Part shown: positions 1-8,089 of the stretch, piece after piece | How the letters are laid out: each line of letters begins with the position of its first letter | Position numbering within the stretch: the stretch's first letter is position 1 | From: a virus | DNA: 64,000 nucleotides | Direction: 5' to 3' (one strand) | IMG/VR virus record: IMGVR_UViG_3300031521_000042 | Span: 11,883 to 75,882 of that record | Position numbers and translations under genes: made by a program | Notes under the pieces: model-generated | Told to the model about the DNA's origin: nothing | The model's database searches: none | Seen by the model: only the letters and a program-made list of their open reading frames with translations

Positions 1-601
1 TTGTAGGAGATTTGAGTTAGAAGATTTAAGATATAAGTTAGGAATATATGATGACAATAAATATAAACAATTCAGTGATTTTAAAAAATATGTATTGACT
101 CCATCTATTGAATCTATAAATGAGTCAACTAATCTTGAAATAACATTTAATGAATTGAGATATGGTAGAAAAGTAGGAGTTATTGATTTTAATATCTCCC
201 AAAAAACTCTGACTTCTCAAAAAGTAGACGATATAGACATAATAGATAAATCACAAGTTGAAGAGATGGAAAAAAGAGTAGGATGTAAGCTAACATCAGG
301 AATAGTAGCGTCATTAACTAATATAGCAATAGAAGCAATCAAAGAGTATCAAATAGATATGAGTTTTTATCAATATATAGAATATGAAATGGATAGAGTT
401 AGAGAATATGCGAAACTTACTACTATTAAGGACGTTGTAAGTTGTCTTAAATCAGCATTAAGAGAAAATTGGGGAGAACAAATTTCTATCCCAAAAAACT
501 CTGAGTTTAATAATTTTGAAGGAAGACAATATGACTATGATAAGCTCGAAGCTGGATTATTAGGATTAGAAGAAGTAGCCATAGAAGATGTAACTAAATA
601 A
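1..601 (+). CDS. Plasmid-type replication initiator (Rep_3/RepB family), 5'-truncated by the window edge
   Basis: The frame of ORF 95..601 is open back to base 2 (CRRFELEDLRYKLGIYDDNKYKQFSDFKKYVLTPSIESINESTNLEITFNELRYGRKVGVIDFNI), the typical second winged helix of Rep_3 initiators. The C-terminal FNNFEGRQYDYDKLE tail is typical of clostridial Rep/DnaD-like proteins. Confidence 0.8.
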   Translation, partial: CRRFELEDLRYKLGIYDDNKYKQFSDFKKYVLTPSIESINESTNLEITFNELRYGRKVGVIDFNISQKTLTSQKVDDIDIIDKSQVEEMEKRVGCKLTSGIVASLTNIAIEAIKEYQIDMSFYQYIEYEMDRVREYAKLTTIKDVVSCLKSALRENWGEQISIPKNSEFNNFEGRQYDYDKLEAGLLGLEEVAIEDVTK

Positions 602-635
602 TTATAGGGCTAGAAATAGTCCTATAATTATTTTT
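601..635 (+). terminator. Intrinsic terminator after rep
   Basis: Hairpin attatagggcta-gaaa-tagtcctataat followed by a T-run. Confidence 0.65.
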
Positions 636-657
636 AAACAAATTAATAAAATAATAT

Positions 658-686
658 TTGACATGTGTGATCAAAAGGAGTATATT
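658..686 (+). promoter_or_regulatory. SigA-type promoter
   Basis: TTGACA(658)-17 bp-TATATT(681). Confidence 0.6.
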
Positions 687-807
687 ATAGTTAGGGGGAT
701 AGTTTAAGGTCGCTCCTTAGATGATAAGAGAAACATCAATCGCTCTTCCCTACTAAATTTAGGATTGATAAACAAATTAAAATACATATTGAAAGGATTG
801 ATTATTA

Positions 808-1860
808 ATGGAGAAAAAAATTTACGAAGAAGAGTTGCCACATAGAGGAAAACATATTGATTGGAGGAAAATTAAAAATGATAATATTAAAATAAATTTT
901 ATTTATAATGAAATAGAAGGGCATATAAATATATTGGAAATAGAAACAATAGGTAAAAAGAATTATGCTACAATCCAATATAAAGAAATAGTTTATACCT
1001 TAGATATAGAAAATTTAAAGAAATGTAAATTAGGTAAATTATTAAAAGTTAATAATTCTGAATTTAAAATTAAAAATGAATATAATATAAAATTATCAAA
1101 AGAAAAAGTAGGTGAAATAAATTATAACAATAATGGAGAGAAAATGACAATAATTAAATATAATACATATAAAGATATTGTAATTGAATTTGATAATGGT
1201 AATATAGTAAATACAAGATATGATAATTTTAAAAATGGTGAAGTAAAAAATACTTCTATACCAATAATATTTAATATAGGATATATGGGTAATGGTAATT
1301 ATAGTAGTAAAGATGAAAATCATAGAGAAACACAAGAATATATAAAATGGAGGTCTATGATAAGAAGATGTTATGATGAGAAATATCAAGAAAAACATAC
1401 CACCTATCAAGGATGTACAGTAGCAGAAGAGTGGCATAACTTTCAGAATTTTGCACAATGGTATAATGATAATTGTTATAAAGTTGGAAATGAAAAAATG
1501 GAACTAGATAAAGATATCCTTATAAAAAATAATAAAATATATTCTCCAAATACATGTATACTTGTTCCTCATGATATTAATATATTGTTCTTAAAGAGAA
1601 ACGCAAGTAGAGGACAATATCCAATAGGTGTAAGTGAATATAAAAATAATACTTCAATAGTTTATAAAGCTACTTGCAAAAACACATTATCCAATAAAAG
1701 TGTTCATTTAGGATATTATCCAACTCCAGAGAAAGCTTTTGAAATATATAAAAAATTTAAAGAAAAATATATAAAAGAAGTGGCTGACAAGTATAAAGAC
1801 AGAATACCATACAATCTTTATAGTGCGATGTATAATTGGAAGGTTGAAATTACAGATTAA
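808..1860 (+). CDS. HNH-like homing endonuclease with C-terminal AP2-like DNA-binding domain
   Basis: Phage HNH-like motifs YIKWRSMIRRCY..YQGCTVAEEWHNFQNFAQWY..LDKDILIKNNKIYSPNTCILVPHDIN; AP2-like tail HLGYYPTPEKAFEIYKKFKE. Confidence 0.7.
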   Translation: MEKKIYEEELPHRGKHIDWRKIKNDNIKINFIYNEIEGHINILEIETIGKKNYATIQYKEIVYTLDIENLKKCKLGKLLKVNNSEFKIKNEYNIKLSKEKVGEINYNNNGEKMTIIKYNTYKDIVIEFDNGNIVNTRYDNFKNGEVKNTSIPIIFNIGYMGNGNYSSKDENHRETQEYIKWRSMIRRCYDEKYQEKHTTYQGCTVAEEWHNFQNFAQWYNDNCYKVGNEKMELDKDILIKNNKIYSPNTCILVPHDINILFLKRNASRGQYPIGVSEYKNNTSIVYKATCKNTLSNKSVHLGYYPTPEKAFEIYKKFKEKYIKEVADKYKDRIPYNLYSAMYNWKVEITD

Positions 1861-1980
1861 TTTAGCAAAATAAGTCCATATTTACCCTTGTATGAGATTA
1901 AAGGTATTAGTTGTTGTCTAAAATTAGAACGTCTTAGAGAGTCGAATGAAGGCATTTAAACCCTATATATAAATATATGA

Positions 1981-2011
1981 TAAGAGTAGTAGAAATATTA
2001 CTCTTATTTTT
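1981..2011 (+). terminator. Intrinsic terminator
   Basis: taagagtagta-gaaa-tattactctta followed by a T-run. Confidence 0.65.
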
Positions 2012-2180
2012 ATGTTTTGAATTATATTATTAAGTATAGTATTAATATAAGAATTATATTAGAAATGTTTTTAGCAAAAGTGGTAATTGTACTGTAAATA
2101 ATAAATTAATGTATAAGTAATTGACAAATATTAAGTATTGGATTAATATGGTATTAGGAAGAAAAGAAAGGAGGAAGAGT

Positions 2181-3038
2181 ATGAAGGACACTTTTACATC
2201 AATATCAAATGATTATATCAAAGGAGATTTAAAATTAGATTCTAAAAAGTTATTCTTATTTTTAATTCTAATGCAGAATAGAACCACAAAAGATACTTGT
2301 ATGTTTAATATAAGATATCTATGTGACAGGTTAGATGCAACTACTAGAAATACAAATAGGACAAAATACATAATAGATACATTGAAATATTTTCAAGATC
2401 AACAGATATTATTCTTTAGTAATAAATATAATTGTATTGATGAATTAAATATAGAAGAATTTGTTACTACAAATAAAATGGACATGGTATTTGCTGAATT
2501 ATATGAAGGTTTCAAAGATAACTTTACTATGATATATGATAATGAGATAGATTTTATATTAGAATACTGTAAGAAGAATAAAATAAACAAATATCTAATA
2601 ATACATATGTATTTATATATTCTTAGTTGCATTGACAATAATAAACAAGACGAAGATTATAAATTAGCTTATCCTAGTGTAGAAAAAATAGCAAATGAAT
2701 TAGAAATAAGTGAAAATACAGTATTGAAATACATAGATGTTCTACGAGAAAACAAATTATTATACTATAATAACGTAGGATATAAGATTGTAAATGGCGA
2801 GTATAGAATGACAAATACATACTATTGCAGATATGAAGATAAAGAATTACTTGAAAATAGGCTAAATACAATAAAGCAAACTAAAAATATAATTACAATG
2901 AATAAAAGCGATAAAATAAAAACCAATAACAAAAGAAGTTTAAAGCAAAGGATAAATAAACTAAACAATAAATTGAATAAAACTGATGAAGAAATAGAAA
3001 CACTAAAACTATTACAAGAAGAATATGAACAACTGTAA
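2181..3038 (+). CDS. Winged-HTH DNA-binding / replication-organiser-like protein
   Basis: HTH_36-like motif AYPSVEKIANELEISENTVLKYIDVLRENKLL. Start moved from TTG 2121 (which coincides with a TTGACA -35 box) to ATG 2181, after SD aaggagg. Confidence 0.65.
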   Translation: MKDTFTSISNDYIKGDLKLDSKKLFLFLILMQNRTTKDTCMFNIRYLCDRLDATTRNTNRTKYIIDTLKYFQDQQILFFSNKYNCIDELNIEEFVTTNKMDMVFAELYEGFKDNFTMIYDNEIDFILEYCKKNKINKYLIIHMYLYILSCIDNNKQDEDYKLAYPSVEKIANELEISENTVLKYIDVLRENKLLYYNNVGYKIVNGEYRMTNTYYCRYEDKELLENRLNTIKQTKNIITMNKSDKIKTNNKRSLKQRINKLNNKLNKTDEEIETLKLLQEEYEQL

Positions 3039-3282
3039 AAAGAAAAATCACTTTTGCGTAAGCTAAGATTATTCTTGATAGATTTAGTAATATAGTTATT
3101 TAGTATTATTGTTTAACTTCAATCTAGACTGTCCCGAGCATACATAGAAAATACCTAAGTATGCGTCCAGCACCGTTTTTATTGTTGAGAGATAACCTAG
3201 ATATGCGTTCAGGCTAAAATGAACTTTTTGACTTGGTAGTTGTAGTTAAAATTATACAAATAATAAATTAATGTATAAAGTG

Positions 3283-3311
3283 TTGACAATGTTAAATAAT
3301 AGGAGTAGAAT
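3283..3311 (+). promoter_or_regulatory. SigA-type promoter
   Basis: TTGACA(3283)-17 bp-TAGAAT(3306). Confidence 0.65.
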
Positions 3312-3386
3312 AAGATTATGGACAAGATAGTAAGTAATTACTTAGTTCATAATGATAAAATAAATTAATAAAGGAGAGAAAGAAAA

Positions 3387-4180
3387 ATGAGTGAAAATTT
3401 AATACTTTTTGAAGGGCAAGAAGTAAAAGTAAAAACTGATAAAGGAGAAACACTAATTAATTTAGTACATACTGCAACATGTTGTGGATTAACTCAATTA
3501 GGAAATTCAGGGAAACCAAAAGTAAGATGGAGTAATTTAAAAACAAAGTTAAACACAATATCTAGTGGGGACACAAATTTGACCCCACAATATACAGAAG
3601 AAATTCAATATATATATTAGACGAAATAGAAAATACAGATGATAGAAACGCAATTTATATGAGTAGTTGGCTTTCAAAAAGACTTGCAATGGAGTGTAAT
3701 TCGGATAAAGCTAAACAATATAAAAACTTTTTAGCTACATTGGATGAAAAAAGAGAAAATGGACAACTTCAAACATCTAATCAACAATTAGTAAGCATAG
3801 TAAGTGATACTATAAATGCAATAATGCCAACATTAATTACTGAAATGACACAAAAGTTAATTCCTACAGTATTAGAAGCTAAACAATCAGTACAAAATAT
3901 GCAATCATTAATGCACGACCAAGCTACAATTTATGATGATGAAAGAAATGAATTGAAATCTATGATTGGAATGCAAGGTAGAAATACTAAGGATTTAACA
4001 GATAAACTTAAATATGAATTAGAAAGAAAATATGATGAGAAAATTACTGCAAAAGATACATTCTACATAAATTATAAGAATAAATTATTCAGTAAATTTA
4101 GAGTACAACGTTGGGAACAAATTCCAGTGAATAAATACAATGAGGTATTTGCTTGTATTGAAGAGATGTTTTATGAGTAA
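3387..4180 (+). pseudogene. Antirepressor-like gene (Bro-N/AntA-like N-terminus, ORF6C-like C-terminus) frameshifted at an (AT)5 tract
   Basis: ORFs 3387..3620 and 3659..4180 join into one frame (..QYILDEIENTDDRNAIYMSSWLSKRLAMEC..) if one AT unit of atatatatat (3608-3617) is removed. The C-terminus FRVQRWEQIPVNKYNEV resembles ORF6C. Confidence 0.75.
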
Positions 4181-4255
4181 ACACTTGATAAAATAGTGAT
4201 TTTAGACGGAAAATAATAAATTAATGTATAAAAATAAAAGGGAGATGTATTAAAA

Positions 4256-4462
4256 ATGAACAATGTAATAGAATTTAAATCAAGGAAGGTTGATTTATTT
4301 GAAAGGAATTGTAAAAATAATTTAGCTAGGTTTAAAGAATTAAATATAAAATATTTTCAAGATTCTTTGACTACTGATGAAGAAATTGAATTAGAAAAGT
4401 TAGATAAATGGAATAAAATACATAAAGAACAAATAAATAATAAAAGCAGAATGGTTAATTAA
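4256..4462 (+). CDS. Hypothetical protein
   Basis: 68-aa ORF with SD gggag. Confidence 0.6.
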   Translation: MNNVIEFKSRKVDLFERNCKNNLARFKELNIKYFQDSLTTDEEIELEKLDKWNKIHKEQINNKSRMVN

Positions 4463-4498
4463 TAATAATAAATCAATGTATATAAAGGAGATGATTAA

Positions 4499-5071
4499 AT
4501 GATTAGTATTGCTTTTGATCTTGACAATACAATTCTTAATACACCAGCTAGTATAATAAACTTACATAATAAATTGAATAAAGATAATAGAATAGACTAC
4601 GATGAGAATACAGTAATTGATTGGAAGTTTAGACCTGTTGTTAAAACCGATGATGAGTTAGCAGAATTATTTAAATTATTTGACCATAAATATTTTTATA
4701 GACATGCTATAGTTTATAAATGTGCTAAAGATATTATAAATGGTTTATCTAAAAAGAATAGAATCTGCATCATTAGTAAACATATGGATAGTAGGAAGCC
4801 CTTAACTAAAGAATGGATTAATAAGACTTTTCCAAGAGTTGAATTGATTTTTGTAGACAATTTTGAGGATAAAGGTAAGGTGTTAGAAGGTTATGATTTA
4901 ATAGTGGATGATAGAATAGATGCTTTAGAGAGTTGTTTCAACATACCTTATAGAATATGCTACGGTGATAATGAATGGAGTCAAGATTGGTATGGATTAA
5001 GAGCAACCAATTGGAATGAATTATATAAAATGATTAAAAATATTAAAGACACAATAGAAAAGATAAAATAA
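4499..5071 (+). CDS. HAD-family 5'(3')-deoxyribonucleotidase (NT5C-like)
   Basis: N-terminal IAFDLDNTI (DxD motif I) and IVDDR (motif IV); SD aaggag. Confidence 0.8.
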   Translation: MISIAFDLDNTILNTPASIINLHNKLNKDNRIDYDENTVIDWKFRPVVKTDDELAELFKLFDHKYFYRHAIVYKCAKDIINGLSKKNRICIISKHMDSRKPLTKEWINKTFPRVELIFVDNFEDKGKVLEGYDLIVDDRIDALESCFNIPYRICYGDNEWSQDWYGLRATNWNELYKMIKNIKDTIEKIK

Positions 5072-5119
5072 TGTATAAATAAAAACAAAAATAATAATGA
5101 AGAAGGATGGTAAAAGAAA

Positions 5120-5341
5120 ATGACTGAAAATGGACAACCAAGCAAAAGAGAACAACATATGGATTTCGGAGGGAATATTGTTTATCGAAAATATAGAATA
5201 TGGGAGGAAAATACAGAGAGAAAAGATACATCATACATATATGAGGACGATTTTGACATGAAAGAAAGGATGGAGGCTATTGAATGGGAAGAACAGTATA
5301 AGAAGAAGTGTCAAAAGATGCTTGATGAAAAGAATAAGTAA
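5120..5341 (+). CDS. Hypothetical protein
   Basis: 73-aa ORF co-oriented within the gene run. Confidence 0.5.
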   Translation: MTENGQPSKREQHMDFGGNIVYRKYRIWEENTERKDTSYIYEDDFDMKERMEAIEWEEQYKKKCQKMLDEKNK

Positions 5342-5496
5342 TACATATTATATAAACATATAGTACATAAGTTATTTATAAAATTAGATATAAAATGTTA
5401 GTAATAAAAATACTTGCTTAAATAAGTGTAAGTATAAATACTATGATAACTATCGAGAGAATAAGGATTAAAATTAGATATGGAGGAGTGAAGTAA

Positions 5497-5949
5497 ATGA
5501 ATAAATATATTGGACGATTTCGGGTAGTTTGTGAATTTGATCAAGTAAATCTAAAACCCAATAAGGAAAGCACATATATTTACTGTAATGGTGAAGGTAT
5601 AATTTGGAGAAGAAGTGATGACATATTAGTTTATACTAGAGAAAAGAAAGGCATATCAAGCATATTAATAGAAAATTTAAATAAATTGGGAATAGAAATA
5701 ATATCTGATGAAAGTACAAGAGAAGATATTCAGTTAGTTTTTAATGAAAAAGATATAGATATAGTTGCTGAATATTTTAAAGCTAGAGAAGGAGGATCTA
5801 ATATTAATCCTTGGTCTAGAAGGAATTTAAACTTATTTAAATGGTTCAAGAAAAATAAAAATTGGTATATAGACAATGGACATTATAAAGTTAGCGAGGA
5901 ATTAACAGATGAAGAAAAAGATATATTTAGACAAAGGTTTAATAAGTAG
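5497..5949 (+). CDS. Hypothetical phage protein
   Basis: 150-aa ORF with strong SD ggagg. Confidence 0.7.
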   Translation: MNKYIGRFRVVCEFDQVNLKPNKESTYIYCNGEGIIWRRSDDILVYTREKKGISSILIENLNKLGIEIISDESTREDIQLVFNEKDIDIVAEYFKAREGGSNINPWSRRNLNLFKWFKKNKNWYIDNGHYKVSEELTDEEKDIFRQRFNK

Positions 5950-6313
5950 TCATGTATATAAATTTAAAGGACAAAATGAGATAGTTTTGACTCTAATTTA
6001 AGTTTTAGAGTGGACAAGGTAGAATAAGTCTAGTTGATAATTTAAACTCAAATAGAGCCTAAAGTATTGATTTAAGTAAATACTTTATAAAATGAATTAG
6101 TTTGAGTTATATTTCAGAATAAAAAGGAGAGTAATGCAATTTATCGTTAATCGAACTAGAATAGAAATTAGAGTTAAAAGTATGTCAAAAAGTCCTTTAA
6201 AATTATATAGGAAGTCAGTATGTAAAGATGGCTATAACAAATTAATGTATAAAACAAAGTTTAAAATGCGTGTTTTATTGGGAAATATAAATCAAAGGAG
6301 TCAAATAAAAATA

Positions 6314-7894
6314 ATGAAAATAGGTAACTTAGAAGTGTATGGTATTATATACAAAATAACAAATATAATTAATGATAAAGTCTACATTGGACAAACCACA
6401 AGAGAGAACGGGTTTGATGGCAGATATTATTGTAAAGGTAAAGGTATTGAAAGAGTTTATAAATATCACAAAAATAGTAAAGAACGTTTTGATGACTATA
6501 ATGAACATTTATTAAATTCTATAGAAAAATATGGTTTTAATTCTTTTGAGGTAAATGAAATATTTGATATAGCATTCAGTAAAGAAGAACTGAACATTAA
6601 AGAAAAATGTTGGATTGGGATATATGACAGCAATATTAGACAATATGGATATAATTTTACAAATGGCGGGGATAATGGGAAAAGAAGCAAAGATTCAAAA
6701 ACGTTACAAGGAACAAAAATAAAATGTATAGACAATAATATGGATTTTATTTCATATATCGAAGCAGTTAAATATTTTGAAAACATTGGAGTAGAAATAT
6801 CTGTAAAATGGATAAAAGATTCTCTAACATTAGATTATAAAAAGTATAAAGGGTATAAACCAATGTTTAGGATAGTAAAAGATTATATGGATAATAAATA
6901 TTGTTGTAATAATTGTGGTAAATTGATAAGCAATAAAAACAATACAGATGATGATTTTTTATGTACAAGTTGTAGGACTAGATGTTTTAATATACCAAAT
7001 TTTAAAATAGAAAATGATGTGAAAAAATTTATCTTAAATACATATAACAATAATAATTCTGAAACAAACATAAAAAACATAAAGAAAAATATAAAATCAA
7101 TATTTAACAGAGACGTACCTAATTGTATAATTAAAGATTTTATAAAATATAATAAATTTTTAATTACTTATAATACTAATAAAATTGAAAAGAAAAATAC
7201 TAAATTAAAAAAGACATATAATAAAGATTATAAAGTACATATAAATAATGTTAATTTGATAGATGAAGAATTAAAAGAAATAATATTTAAATTAAATGAA
7301 AGCATTCCATCATGTAGTAAAATATCAGATAAATTAAAAACAGAGTATTCTATAGTTATATCTTCAAAAATAATAACAACTTTTTTAAAAAATTGTTATC
7401 TAAATAATGAAATAAAATATAATGATACAATAACATCTAATAAAAAAGAAAGAAGTAATAATGTTTGTAATGATAACAAAGAAAAAATATTAGAATCATT
7501 AGAGGAACAAATTTGTTCTTTGTATTTACAAGGTAAAAACGTATCCAATATAATATCTAAAATAAACATAAAAGGAATACATCATCAAGATATAAATAAC
7601 ATATTAAATCAAAATAACATAGACATACGTAATCAAAAATATGATATTAAAAATATAAGCTATATTGGTGTATATAAAAATAATGATTTAGTAATATGCT
7701 TCAAGTTTAAATGGGAATGTAGGGATTGGTTAGTAAAATTAGAATTAGCTAAAACTGATTATATAGCTAAAAATATAATTAATTCTACGCTAGATAAAGA
7801 TAAGGAATATCAAGGATATAAATTTAAAACATCTGATAATTATCAATATAACTCTTATGTTGATAATTTAGAAAATATAGGAAGTGAGTGTTAA
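6314..7894 (+). CDS. GIY-YIG homing endonuclease with Zn-finger and HTH-like C-terminal modules
   Basis: VYGIIYKITNIINDKVYIGQT..ELNIKEKCWI..GYN. Start moved to ATG 6314, after SD aaaggag (6294-6300). The upstream in-frame extension from 6134 contains non-coding regulatory motifs. Confidence 0.8.
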   Translation: MKIGNLEVYGIIYKITNIINDKVYIGQTTRENGFDGRYYCKGKGIERVYKYHKNSKERFDDYNEHLLNSIEKYGFNSFEVNEIFDIAFSKEELNIKEKCWIGIYDSNIRQYGYNFTNGGDNGKRSKDSKTLQGTKIKCIDNNMDFISYIEAVKYFENIGVEISVKWIKDSLTLDYKKYKGYKPMFRIVKDYMDNKYCCNNCGKLISNKNNTDDDFLCTSCRTRCFNIPNFKIENDVKKFILNTYNNNNSETNIKNIKKNIKSIFNRDVPNCIIKDFIKYNKFLITYNTNKIEKKNTKLKKTYNKDYKVHINNVNLIDEELKEIIFKLNESIPSCSKISDKLKTEYSIVISSKIITTFLKNCYLNNEIKYNDTITSNKKERSNNVCNDNKEKILESLEEQICSLYLQGKNVSNIISKINIKGIHHQDINNILNQNNIDIRNQKYDIKNISYIGVYKNNDLVICFKFKWECRDWLVKLELAKTDYIAKNIINSTLDKDKEYQGYKFKTSDNYQYNSYVDNLENIGSEC

Positions 7895-7895
7895 T

Positions 7896-8054
7896 ATGAA
7901 AATATATAAAGTATTCAGTAGAAATAGAGCATTAAAATTAATATCTCTAGGAAATAGACTGATATATACTGAACCAAATAAAAAGAAGGCATGGTTATCA
8001 GTATTCTGTTTTGAAGATACAGATAAATTACATAAAGATTGGGACAACTTATAA
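7896..8054 (+). CDS. Small DUF5659-like protein (52 aa, not in the ORF track)
   Basis: Hand translation: MKIYKVFSRNRALKLISLGNRLIYTEPNKKKAWLSVFCFEDTDKLHKDWDNL. It follows the GIY-YIG stop directly and resembles three other small ORFs in the window. Confidence 0.7.
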   Translation: MKIYKVFSRNRALKLISLGNRLIYTEPNKKKAWLSVFCFEDTDKLHKDWDNL

Positions 8055-8089
8055 AATAAATAATCAAATAAAATCAAAGGAGAGCAAAT

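Noticed and set aside
5960-6110. Possible res/att-like site (palindrome aaagtattgatttaagtaaatacttt)
   Set aside because: No cognate recombinase or second copy is visible, so it cannot be supported.
6134-6313. N-terminal 60-aa extension of the GIY-YIG ORF
   Set aside because: It contains the regulatory motifs, and a better SD/ATG lies at 6314, just before the GIY motif.
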